A stretch of DNA of 64,000 bases from NCBI GenBank assembly GCA_963758525.1, contig CAVWVQ010000003.1, forward strand, positions 864,001-928,000, written 5' to 3'. The notes under the pieces were generated by a model. The model had not been told where the DNA came from, made no database searches, and saw only the letters and a program-made list of their open reading frames with translations. The DNA comes from an uncultured Phycisphaerales bacterium. GTDB lineage: Bacteria; Planctomycetota; Phycisphaerae; Tepidisphaerales; Tepidisphaeraceae. Of the stretch, positions 42,884 to 52,173 are shown piece by piece. Positions within the stretch are counted from its first letter, which is position 1. Every line of letters starts with the position of its first letter. Made by a program: the position numbers and the translations under genes.

Positions 42884-43189
42884 CTATTTCTTGCTGCGCT
42901 GCGCCAGCCAACGTTCTGCATCGGCCTGACCGGTGAAGTCGAGAAGCGCGTCGCCGAGCGCAAACATCGCGGCATCGTCCAAACGCTGGATTTGCCTCGA
43001 TAAGCTCGCCGAAATTCTACCGAGCCGCCGGCCCAGCAGGCGGACTACCAAATCCCGGGCCTCCTGTCGGCCCTCCGCCCGGCCTTGTTGCAGCCCCTTC
43101 TTGACGCCCTCCTCGATCCATTCGTTGGTCCACTGCATGACAGCCTTCCGTTCTCTGGGAGCCACCGATTCAAGCATCACTGGACTCAC
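42884..43189 (-). CDS. DUF4351 domain protein (Rpn-type C-terminal fragment)
   Basis: EEGVKKGLQQGRAEG...LVVRLLGRRLG...LGDALLDF...WL. Confidence 0.7.
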   Translation of the reverse strand: MSPVMLESVAPRERKAVMQWTNEWIEEGVKKGLQQGRAEGRQEARDLVVRLLGRRLGRISASLSRQIQRLDDAAMFALGDALLDFTGQADAERWLAQRSKK

Positions 43190-43290
43190 GGTCGCGATTG
43201 TAACTTGAGGAGATGGGGAAAGAAGCGACGTCTGCAGGCTTCTTCGCCCTCACTCCCCCCGCCTCGCGTTTCCCCTACAATACGCTTCGC

Positions 43291-44295
43291 ATGACCACCG
43301 CAACGCCGCCACCCAAGAAGAAAGTCAAATCGAGCGCCGCTCACGATCCCGATTCCTATCGGATGACGATCGGCGAACACCTCGAGGATCTGCGCTGGCG
43401 GCTGATCATCGGCTTGCTCGGGTTTGCCGTCGCGGTCGTGATCTGCGTGACCTTCACCGAACGGCTGATGGTCTTTTTCACCGCGCCGTACATCTCGCAA
43501 CTGGTGAAGCATCACATGAATCCGCAGATGTACTACAACCAGATCACCGAGGGGTTCATGACCTACCTCAAGATCTGGATGATCAGCGCCGCGCTGCTGG
43601 CCGGGCCGTGGCTGCTCTATCAGATCTGGCAGTTCGTCGCGGCCGGGCTCTATCCCAACGAGCGGAAGATGGTCACCCGCTACATCCCGCTGTCGATCAC
43701 GCTGCTGATCACCGGGGTGGTGTTTGTGTATGTCGTCGTGCTGCCGATGTCGATCTCGTTTTTCCTGAGTTTTTCGGGCGGCCTTCCGCTGCCCGGCATG
43801 CGACACGGGGATCCTGTCCCGCTCAAAGACGATCCATCCCCCGCCCGCTTCAAGGTCTTCCAAGGGGATCCGGCACAGCCGGTTGAGGGAGAGGCGTGGA
43901 TCAACTCGGTTGAGAATCGCGTCAAGACATACTACGGCGGCGAAGTGCATGTCATGATGATGGGGTCCACCAGCTTGCTGACGCCGATGATCACCCTGTC
44001 GGATTACATCGACCTGGTGCTGACGTTCATGCTGACGTTTGGGCTGGCATTTCAGCTGCCATTGGTCGTGCTTGCGATGGTGAGCGCCGGTCTGGTCGAA
44101 ATTGCGTTTCTCAAGAAACAGCGGCGAATGGTCTATTTCGTGATGGCAATCGCCTCAGCCGTCCTCGCGCCGGGGGAAATTGTTTCCAGCATGTTATCGC
44201 TCCTGATTCCGTTGATGATCCTCTACGAGTTTGGCCTCTGGCTGGCGCAGTGGCGGCAAAAAGCGGCGGCAGCGACGGCCGCGGCGGAAGACTGA
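43291..44295 (+). CDS. tatC: twin-arginine translocase subunit TatC
   Basis: MTIGEHLEDLRWRL, YQIWQFVAAGLYPNER, FGLAFQLP, LYEFGL. Confidence 0.95.
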   Translation: MTTATPPPKKKVKSSAAHDPDSYRMTIGEHLEDLRWRLIIGLLGFAVAVVICVTFTERLMVFFTAPYISQLVKHHMNPQMYYNQITEGFMTYLKIWMISAALLAGPWLLYQIWQFVAAGLYPNERKMVTRYIPLSITLLITGVVFVYVVVLPMSISFFLSFSGGLPLPGMRHGDPVPLKDDPSPARFKVFQGDPAQPVEGEAWINSVENRVKTYYGGEVHVMMMGSTSLLTPMITLSDYIDLVLTFMLTFGLAFQLPLVVLAMVSAGLVEIAFLKKQRRMVYFVMAIASAVLAPGEIVSSMLSLLIPLMILYEFGLWLAQWRQKAAAATAAAED

Positions 44296-44333
44296 CAAGA
44301 TTCGGTCCTCAAGTTCCGCGGTGGTTTGCCGAT

Positions 44334-44441
44334 GGTTAGCCGCGACGCGCAGCGGAGCGCGTATTCGTGCGAATTACGCAACGGGCGAAATCACGCTGTT
44401 TCTCGTTCGAATACGCGCTCCGCTGCGCGTCGCGGCTAACC
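44334..44441. repeat. perfect 34-bp inverted repeat (REP/REPIN-like)
   Basis: GGTTAGCCGCGACGCGCAGCGGAGCGCGTATTCG and its exact reverse complement 40 nt downstream. Confidence 0.92.
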
Positions 44442-44560
44442 TCGGCCCGGGGCGATCTCGCGTGAACATTCCCCGCTTTTAGACTGAAAGAATGCTTCCG
44501 TTCACTTGCTCCCCCAATATAATCCGATGAGATGACTGACCGCCTTACGAGAGAATTTTC

Positions 44561-45103
44561 ATGATCCATCCCTGGCACGACGTGACTCCCGGCGAATCCA
44601 TTCCGCAGGAGTTCAACACTATTATCGAAATCCCCTTCGGCTCCAGCGTCAAATACGAGCTTGACAAAACCAGCGGCCTGATCAAGCTCGATCGCGTCCT
44701 GTATTCGGCGGTGTATTACCCCGCGAATTATGGGTTTGTGCCGCAGACGCTCGCGGAAGATGACGACCCGCTGGACGTGCTGGTGCTCTGCCAAGAAACG
44801 GTCGTGCCGCTGACGATGATTCACGCCCGCACGATCGGCCTGATGACCATGATCGACGGCGGCAAGAAGGACCACAAGATCATCGCCGTCGCGACCGAGG
44901 ATCCTGAATTCAACAGCTATCGCGAAGCCGAAGAGATGCCTCCGCATCGCCTGACGATGCTCCGCCGATTCTTCCAGGACTATAAGCAACTGGAAGGCAA
45001 AGCCGTTGAGGTCGATCAGATTCAGTCGGCAAAGGACGCGTTTCCGATCATCGAAGATGCGTTGAGCAGGTACAGCCGGCAGCGACGGCGCGGGTTCAAA
45101 TAA
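44561..45103 (+). CDS. ppa: inorganic pyrophosphatase (family I)
   Basis: [42 protein letters not shown]. Confidence 0.97.
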   Translation: MIHPWHDVTPGESIPQEFNTIIEIPFGSSVKYELDKTSGLIKLDRVLYSAVYYPANYGFVPQTLAEDDDPLDVLVLCQETVVPLTMIHARTIGLMTMIDGGKKDHKIIAVATEDPEFNSYREAEEMPPHRLTMLRRFFQDYKQLEGKAVEVDQIQSAKDAFPIIEDALSRYSRQRRRGFK

Positions 45104-45286
45104 GATCGAATTGACGCCCTTCTCGCCCCCCGCTACAGTCTGCGCGGAGTTCGGCGGCCCCTGTTTTGGCGGACTCTGCTAAGCGATTTGCTTGTCATCC
45201 GATCAGACGGCTTGGGGCCGGTTCACGTCTCCTCACTCCCTACGAGCAAGTCGCCTGGCAGCATCCCCGAGAGACGATAATTTCAC

Positions 45287-46450
45287 ATGACTCAGGCTTC
45301 TCCGCAGGCGGCAAAGTCAGGCGGTCTTCAGGGGGTTGTCGCGGTACAGAGCGATATCTGTTTCATTGACGGCATGGCCGGGCGGCTGGTCTACCGCGGC
45401 TATGAAATCGCGGACCTCGTCGACAACACCAGCTTTGAGGAAACCGCTTACCTGCTGTGGCATGGAAAGCTTCCCAATGCCGCCGAGCTGGCGGAGCTTC
45501 GCGGGCAGCTTGGCGCGGCGACGTCGCTCCCGCCCCACGTCCTGGCGGTGCTGAAGAGCCTTCCGGCCAAGACGCAGCCGATGGACGCGCTGCGAACCGC
45601 TGTCAGCGCACTGGGCGCAATCGATCCGGATCTCGAACACAACGACCCGGCGGCGAATCTGCGCAAGGCGATCGGACTGACCGCGCGGTTCCCAACGATC
45701 GTGACGGCGTTCCATCGCCTGCGCAACGGGCAGGATCCGGTCGCGCCGAATCCGCAGTTGTCGATCGCCGCCAACTTCCTGCACATGATGACCGGCAAGC
45801 CCGCTGATGAGACCATCGTCCGCGTGCTGGACGGCGCACTGGTGCTCCACGCGGAACATGGCATGAACGCCAGCACGTTTGCCGCGCGCGTCACTGCCGC
45901 CACGCTGGCGGACATGCACGCTTCGGTCACTTCCGCCACCGCCGCGCTCAAGGGGCCGCTGCATGGGGGCGCCAACGAAGCCGTCATGCAACTGCTGCTC
46001 AAGTGCGGCGATGCCGACACCGCGGTCAAAACCGCTCAAGACATGCTCGCCAAGGGGGACAAGGTGCCCGGCTTCGGCCATCGCGTTTACCGCACGTTCG
46101 ACCCCCGCGCCACATTCCTCCGCAAGATGAGCAAGCAACTGGGCCAGGCGGCGGGCAATCTCAAATGGTACGAAATGTCGGAGAAGCTGATTCCGATTCT
46201 GAAAGATTCGCTCGGCTCGAACGGTCAGCCGCGCAACCTCAATCCCAACGTCGACTTCTTTTCCGCAAGCGCCTACTACACCATGGGCATCCCCATCGAC
46301 CTGTTTACCCCCATCTTCGGCGTGGCCCGCGTCGCCGGATGGTGCGCCCACATCATGGAGCAGCACGCCAACAACCGGATCATCCGTCCGACAGACGACT
46401 ACAATGGGCCGTTCGGATTGAAGGTTGTCCCGATCGCCGAACGGAAGTGA
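45287..46450 (+). CDS. gltA: citrate synthase family protein
   Basis: LHAEHGMNASTF, GPLHGGAN, GFGHRVY, NPNVDF. Confidence 0.9.
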   Translation: MTQASPQAAKSGGLQGVVAVQSDICFIDGMAGRLVYRGYEIADLVDNTSFEETAYLLWHGKLPNAAELAELRGQLGAATSLPPHVLAVLKSLPAKTQPMDALRTAVSALGAIDPDLEHNDPAANLRKAIGLTARFPTIVTAFHRLRNGQDPVAPNPQLSIAANFLHMMTGKPADETIVRVLDGALVLHAEHGMNASTFAARVTAATLADMHASVTSATAALKGPLHGGANEAVMQLLLKCGDADTAVKTAQDMLAKGDKVPGFGHRVYRTFDPRATFLRKMSKQLGQAAGNLKWYEMSEKLIPILKDSLGSNGQPRNLNPNVDFFSASAYYTMGIPIDLFTPIFGVARVAGWCAHIMEQHANNRIIRPTDDYNGPFGLKVVPIAERK

Positions 46451-46456
46451 GTGGGA

Positions 46457-46547
46457 AGGCACGGAGGCACGAAGGGGAAAGGCAAACGCGGTCTGACTCT
46501 CAATTGAGATTTGCAATTTGCAGTTTGCAATTTGCAATCCTCAATTG
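46457..46547. repeat. composite short repeats (GGCACGRA)n + (TTGCAAT)n
   Basis: Third instance of the two-motif module, heptamer part inverted. Confidence 0.85.
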
Positions 46548-46601
46548 AATTTTCCCCGTCCGCTTTTGCCTCAGGGTTTCCCGTTCTTCTCTGTTGTTCT
46601 G

Positions 46602-47951
46602 ATGCAGACCCCCAGCGATCAGTCCGACCGCGAGGATATCAATCGGCCGGCTTCCGGTTCTCCGACGGAAAATCAGCTTGAGTACTGGTCAGCAGAACCG
46701 CACGATCCATACGCGGCTCTTCGAATCGCCGACTATCGGCGCTACGCGCTGGGTTGGATGATCGCAGTCATCGGGCAGCAGATGCAAAGCGTTGCCATCG
46801 GTTGGCAGCTCTTCCAGCTTGCGGGCGGCGGAAAGCGCGGCGCCCTCTGGCAGGGATGGGCGGGCGGCGTGCAGGCGCTGCCGGTGCTTTTGCTCGCGCT
46901 TCCCGCGGGACATCTCGCGGATCGGTTCGACCGCCGACGGATGTTGATCGTCACGCAATCCTGCGCGGCGCTGTTCTCGCTGGGGCTGGCGGCGGCATCG
47001 CATCTGCACGCATCGGTCGGGCTGCTCTATCTGTTTTTGAGTCTTGGCGCCACCGCGCAAGCTGTGGGCTGGCCGGCGCGCGCGGCGCTGTTGCCGCAGC
47101 TCGTGCCGGACAGACTTTTCTCCAACGCCGCCACCTGGAACAGCAGCACATTTCAGATTGCCTCGGTGATCGGACCGGCGATGGGGGGACTGATCGTCGC
47201 CTTCTCCGTGACCGCGGCATATCTGTTGGATGCGACGTGTGCCGCGGGCTTTCTCACGCTGATTTACCTGCTTCAGCCGCGACAGGTTCAACGGACGCCT
47301 GAGGCGGTGAACCGCCAATCCCTGCTGGCGGGAGCGAGATTCGTGGGCCGCTCGAAAATCATCCTGGCCACCATCACGCTCGATATGTTTGCCGTGCTTC
47401 TCGGCGGCGCGACGTACCTGATCCCCAACTTCGCCAGTGATATCCTGCACGTCGGCGCCGTGGGCTTCGGCTGGCTCCGCGCCGCGCCGGCGTTTGGCGC
47501 CTTTGCGATGGCAATCGTCATCGCTCATCGCCCGCCGATGCAGCATGCGGGAAGAGCCCTGCTCTGGTCGGTCGCGGGATTCGGCGCTGCCACCATCGGC
47601 TTTGGCCTCTCCCGATGGTTCGCGTTCTCGTTTATCATGCTCTTGCTCACCGGCGCATTCGACAATGTCAGTGTTGTCATCCGCAACACACTCGTCCAGA
47701 TGCTCACGCCCGAGCACATGCGCGGCCGCGTCTCGGCCGTGAACAGCATGTTCATCGGCTCCTCCAACGAGATCGGCGGCCTGGAATCGGGTGTGACCGG
47801 CTGGTGGCTCGGCGTCGTCCGCTCGGTCGTCTACGGCGGGATCGGAACCATCGTCGTCGTATTCGGCATCAATCTCATCTGGCCGCAAGTGCGGGAGATC
47901 GGCGCGCTCAATGAGTTGCGGCCAATTGAGGCCGGGGCCGACGGAGCGTAG
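46602..47951 (+). CDS. MFS transporter (EntS/H+ antiporter-like)
   Basis: ~12 TMs, GHLADRFDRR, TPEHMRGRVSAV. Confidence 0.9.
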   Translation: MQTPSDQSDREDINRPASGSPTENQLEYWSAEPHDPYAALRIADYRRYALGWMIAVIGQQMQSVAIGWQLFQLAGGGKRGALWQGWAGGVQALPVLLLALPAGHLADRFDRRRMLIVTQSCAALFSLGLAAASHLHASVGLLYLFLSLGATAQAVGWPARAALLPQLVPDRLFSNAATWNSSTFQIASVIGPAMGGLIVAFSVTAAYLLDATCAAGFLTLIYLLQPRQVQRTPEAVNRQSLLAGARFVGRSKIILATITLDMFAVLLGGATYLIPNFASDILHVGAVGFGWLRAAPAFGAFAMAIVIAHRPPMQHAGRALLWSVAGFGAATIGFGLSRWFAFSFIMLLLTGAFDNVSVVIRNTLVQMLTPEHMRGRVSAVNSMFIGSSNEIGGLESGVTGWWLGVVRSVVYGGIGTIVVVFGINLIWPQVREIGALNELRPIEAGADGA

Positions 47952-47999
47952 AATGTTGCACATGCCCTCTCCCCGTCATTGCCAATCTCGGAGCAACTG

Positions 48000-48545
48000 A
48001 TGCCCGCGAAAGAACCGAAACGCAAACCGGTCGCCAAGGCTGCGTCGAAGGCAGACACCGCCGAGGTTTTGCGGGTCATCATCGGCATGATCGATCAGTT
48101 CTGCCGTGAGCGTCTGAACAACGAGTACGCTGTGCTCTGCCGCAAGTTGGCCGAGAAGCTTGCTCGCAAACGACCGTCACCGTTGCTGACAGGCAGCCCC
48201 AACGGCTGGGCCAGCGGCATTGTGCGTACCGTTGGCTGGGTCAACTTTCTGCACGATAAGAGCCAGACGCCCTCCATGCGGCTTGGCGACATCGATGGTT
48301 TTTTCGGAATCAGCGAGAGCAGCGGTTCGGCGAAGCTGGCGGCAATCCGCAAGATGCTCAAGCTTCACCCACTTGATCCGAACTGGACTTTGCCAGGCCG
48401 CCTGATGGACAATCCGATGGTTTGGATGCTTCAGGTCAACGGCTTTATGATGGACGTTCGCCATGCTCCCAGGGCGGTGCAGGAGGTCGCCTTCAGCAAG
48501 GGTCTGATCCCGTATATTCCCGCAGATCAGCCGCTCGGCGAGTGA
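48000..48545 (+). CDS. DUF6398-like conserved hypothetical protein
   Basis: FCRERLNNEYAVLC..KLARKRPSPL..WASGI...NFLHDKSQ.P; C-terminal VNGFMMDVR..GLIPYIP. Confidence 0.7.
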   Translation: MPAKEPKRKPVAKAASKADTAEVLRVIIGMIDQFCRERLNNEYAVLCRKLAEKLARKRPSPLLTGSPNGWASGIVRTVGWVNFLHDKSQTPSMRLGDIDGFFGISESSGSAKLAAIRKMLKLHPLDPNWTLPGRLMDNPMVWMLQVNGFMMDVRHAPRAVQEVAFSKGLIPYIPADQPLGE

Positions 48546-48605
48546 CTGCCGGCGGTCAGGGGGAAGGGAGAGGCGAGCCATCGCGTCACGGTGAAGACGA
48601 CGCTC

Positions 48606-49670
48606 TCACTGAAGCGATTCTTCGATCCGCGCGTAGCTGTCGCGGCGCCAGCCGGGGGCAATGTCCGTCAGAACATCGGTGAAGAAGTTGGGAAGCGTTT
48701 CGCGGGTGACATTCCAGAGTCCGAAGAGCTTGACCCCCGGCGTGTCGATCACGGCTCCGCCGAAGTCGAGGTGGTAGTAGCGGGCCGACGTCGTGGTGTG
48801 CCGGCCTTTGTCGTTGTAATGGCTTATTTCACCAACGCGCAGGTCGAGCAGGGGTTGAATCGCGTTGACCAGACTGCTCTTGCCCACGCCGCTGTGACCG
48901 GCGAGGACGGTGGTCTTGTCCTTCAAGGCCGACCGCATTGCTTCCAGACCAATGCGCTTCTCGGCGCTGGTGCGAATCACCGCAATCTTCAGAACGTCGG
49001 CGTAGTACGCGAGCACTTCATCGGCCAATCGGCTTGCTTTAGAGGGGTCGGGGCCGGCCAAGTCTGTTTTATTCAGACAGACGATCGGGACGAGCCCCCC
49101 GCTCTGTGCCGCCACAATCATCCGATCGACCAAGCCCCATTTGGGACTCGGCTGCACGAGTCCGACGACGATCAGCATCTGATCCGCATTGGCGACGATC
49201 GCATGCTGCTCGATTCCCCTGAAGCTGTCTGATCGCGACAAAACCGTTCGCCGTGGAAGGACCGCCTCGATGACGCCTTCGGGAGAATCCGGACTTTCAT
49301 TCGGCGGCCGCAGGTCACCTTCGGCATTCACGTGGCGAAAGCGCACCTGGTCGCCAACGATGATGGCGGTCTTGCTGACCTTCGACAGCGTCTTACGAAT
49401 CACACAAAGATATCGAGCCGACGCGTGCTCGACGACGCAGTAGAGGCTGTAGACGACGATGACCTGCCCGACCGGCAGCGTCTCGACATCGATCTGCTCA
49501 GCCGCCTCCTCCGCTCGCATTAGAGCGGTGCGGAGAATCTTATCGTGCTCGGCACGCTTGTTGCGCGCGGAGAACTTCTGGCTCGCGTCCACGCGATCTT
49601 CGTCGAGGTTGCCGGACGTATACCGGCTCGTCAAATCTTTTTCTCGAGGACCTTTTCGTCGTTGGGACAT
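48606..49670 (-). CDS. rsgA: ribosome small subunit-dependent GTPase A
   Basis: Circularly permuted GTPase: NKTD, GHSGVGKSS, GRHTTT, DTPG; C-terminal Zn-finger not evident. Confidence 0.92.
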   Translation of the reverse strand: MSQRRKGPREKDLTSRYTSGNLDEDRVDASQKFSARNKRAEHDKILRTALMRAEEAAEQIDVETLPVGQVIVVYSLYCVVEHASARYLCVIRKTLSKVSKTAIIVGDQVRFRHVNAEGDLRPPNESPDSPEGVIEAVLPRRTVLSRSDSFRGIEQHAIVANADQMLIVVGLVQPSPKWGLVDRMIVAAQSGGLVPIVCLNKTDLAGPDPSKASRLADEVLAYYADVLKIAVIRTSAEKRIGLEAMRSALKDKTTVLAGHSGVGKSSLVNAIQPLLDLRVGEISHYNDKGRHTTTSARYYHLDFGGAVIDTPGVKLFGLWNVTRETLPNFFTDVLTDIAPGWRRDSYARIEESLQ

Positions 49671-49708
49671 GGGGGGGACTGGTGATTGGTGAGTGGAACG
49701 TGATGGGG

Positions 49709-49831
49709 AAGGCACGGAGGCACGAAGTGGAGGAGGAGGCAAGCCAAGTACTGACGCCGGGCGTCTCTTCTCTTCCCTTCGTGCCGCAGTTTACCCGCCG
49801 CGGCGGGTGCCTTCGTGCCTCCGTGCCTTCC
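49709..49831. repeat. inverted pair of (GGCACGRA)n octamer arms
   Basis: AAGGCACGGAGGCACGAAG ... CTTCGTGCCTCCGTGCCTT. Confidence 0.85.
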
Positions 49832-49962
49832 GCAAAATTTGACCCTGCCAGCCGGCGGAGATATCCTTTACCTCTGATGCGGCTGGTCCGCAGCATGTTC
49901 GTGCCGCGTTTCTGCATTGTAACGTAACATCTTGTGTCCGCTGTACAAAGACGGAGACTTCC

Positions 49963-51462
49963 TTGGCGGTGTCGCTTCCGGTTCTGAATATTGCCGCCAA
50001 CGCTGATGGATCGTCCGCTGACGATCAAGGCGAATGGCTCCTCGAGGGGTACGAGAAGAAGGAAAAGTGCGGGGTCTTTGGCATCTGGGGACCCAAGGAA
50101 GCATCGCAAATCTGCTATCTGGGCCTTTTTGCGCAGCAGCACCGAGGACAGGAATCGGCGGGAATCGTCGTCTCTGATGGGGTGACTCTGGAAGGCCACG
50201 CGGGAATGGGGCTGGTCAGCCAGTGCTTCAGCCCGCGGATGCTTCGGGAAGAACTGGTCGGGCACGCCGCCATCGGACATGTCCGCTACTCCACGACAGG
50301 CTCAAGCAAACTGTGCAACGCACAACCGCTGCTCCGTCAGTATCTGATGGGGCCGGTCGCGGTTGCGCACAATGGCAACCTGATCAACGCGCAACTCCTC
50401 CGCCAGCAGTACGAGGAGCATGGGCACATCTTTCAGAGCACCACCGATACTGAAATTATCGTCCATCTGCTGGCCAAGCCGACGCATCTGGAGCGGCACG
50501 ATCCATTGCCTCACGTGCTGAAGCATTTGCAGGGCGCATTCAGCCTGCTGTTTCTGTTTCCCAACCGTATTGAGGCGGTGCGCGATCCGTGGGGCATTCG
50601 GCCATTGGTCCTGGGAAAGACCAGCGCCGGCCATTGGTGCGTAGCGAGCGAAACGTGCGCTTTCGACGCAATCGACGCCGAGTACATCCGCGAAGTAGAG
50701 CCTGGGGAAATCGTCAGAATTGACGAACATGGATTGACTAGCCGGACATTCGATTTTCCCGCCAGCGAGCGTGCGCACTGCGTCTTTGAACACGTCTATT
50801 TCGCGAATCCCGCGAGCCGGATTTTCGGCCAGAACGTTCACATGGTGCGCGAAGCGATGGGCCGGCAGTTGGCCAAGGAAGCGCCGGTCGCCGCGGATTA
50901 CGTGATGCCAATGCCCGACTCGGGTCGAAGTGCAGCGCTGGGATTCGCCAAAGAATCCGGAACTCAATTTGAGGAGGGAATCGTTCCCAACCGGTTCGTG
51001 GGCCGGACCTTTATCCTGCCGGGTCAGGCACAGCGCGACCGGGCTGTATCGATGAAGTTAAACATTATTCCTGATGTCATCGCCCAGCGACGGATCGTGA
51101 TCGTGGAAGATTCAGTGGTACGCGGCACGACGACAAGATCGAAGATGTGCGCCATTCGCAGAGCGGGGGCCAAAGAAATTCACCTTCGCGTTTCGTGCCC
51201 GCCGATTCGCAACCCCTGCTTCTACGGAATTGACTTTCCCACCCGTGAGGAATTGATCGCCCACAATCGGACGGTGGAGCAGATCCGCGACTTCCTGGAA
51301 GTTGACAGCTTGGCGTATCTGTCGCTGTCGGGAATGCTCGGCTGCCTGAAGCATGCTGCCAGCGATTATTGCACAGCCTGCTGGAGCGGGAAGTACAAGA
51401 TTCCCATCGACAATCCGCAGAGCAAGTTCAGTTTTGAGCGGGATCAATTGCGAATGTTCTAA
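49963..51462 (+). CDS. purF: amidophosphoribosyltransferase
   Basis: Propeptide + CGVFG, QHRGQESAG, GHVRYSTTG, HNGNL, VEDSVVRGTT. Confidence 0.97.
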   Translation: MAVSLPVLNIAANADGSSADDQGEWLLEGYEKKEKCGVFGIWGPKEASQICYLGLFAQQHRGQESAGIVVSDGVTLEGHAGMGLVSQCFSPRMLREELVGHAAIGHVRYSTTGSSKLCNAQPLLRQYLMGPVAVAHNGNLINAQLLRQQYEEHGHIFQSTTDTEIIVHLLAKPTHLERHDPLPHVLKHLQGAFSLLFLFPNRIEAVRDPWGIRPLVLGKTSAGHWCVASETCAFDAIDAEYIREVEPGEIVRIDEHGLTSRTFDFPASERAHCVFEHVYFANPASRIFGQNVHMVREAMGRQLAKEAPVAADYVMPMPDSGRSAALGFAKESGTQFEEGIVPNRFVGRTFILPGQAQRDRAVSMKLNIIPDVIAQRRIVIVEDSVVRGTTTRSKMCAIRRAGAKEIHLRVSCPPIRNPCFYGIDFPTREELIAHNRTVEQIRDFLEVDSLAYLSLSGMLGCLKHAASDYCTACWSGKYKIPIDNPQSKFSFERDQLRMF

Positions 51463-51520
51463 CGGTACAGATGCAGCCGCAGGCGCGGCCCGCTGAGTCC
51501 GCCGAGAGGGGTGTCTCGCC

Positions 51521-51886
51521 TCACGCCGCATCTTCGGCGGACTCATCACGGAATTCGTCACGTTTGCCCAACGATTCTGAGATCGGACTTTCCAGCGCTT
51601 CTTGTTCCGCGCTGCCCGACGGCATCTGGACCGACGGCTCATGCGGCTGAGCTTGCTTCTTCCGTCCGGCGGACTTCTTGCCGCCAATTCGCCCGATCTG
51701 CGACATGTGACCGCGGTTGGCACTGACGGCTTCGCCGCCCTTGCGCCCTGCGGCTCTCGCTTCGTCGGCTGTGAACTGATGCGCAGTCCCTTTCTGATGC
51801 GCTGCTTTCCCCCCTTTGCGGGCAATTTCCTTCTGTCGGGTGCGATCCATCGCAGCAAAACCGCGATTTTTTGGGTTTGACTCCAT
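51521..51886 (-). CDS. KGG-repeat general stress protein
   Basis: RGFAAMD...EIARKGG...EARAAGRKGG...MSQIGRIGG. Confidence 0.85.
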   Translation of the reverse strand: MESNPKNRGFAAMDRTRQKEIARKGGKAAHQKGTAHQFTADEARAAGRKGGEAVSANRGHMSQIGRIGGKKSAGRKKQAQPHEPSVQMPSGSAEQEALESPISESLGKRDEFRDESAEDAA

Positions 51887-52173
51887 CCGCGCTGCTCCTT
51901 TTCGCAAATAATTCTTTGGCAGCTTGCCAAATAAGACATTCGAGTAACGACGATGGCAGGCTCGTTGCAACGGGGATACCAACGGAGCGTCTTCTGCATT
52001 ATTTGGTGTTTATTGCACGTCTGGATTATCGGAGCTTGGATTTTTCGCAAGCTCGATCAGTTGGCAACAATTCTGGTTGGCCCTAAAGTAATGTGTCTAT
52101 CTTGATATAATCGTCCACGGGCAGTGATGGGCGCGCCGGCCCCGCATTTCGCCGTGATGGGAGTGAACTTCCG

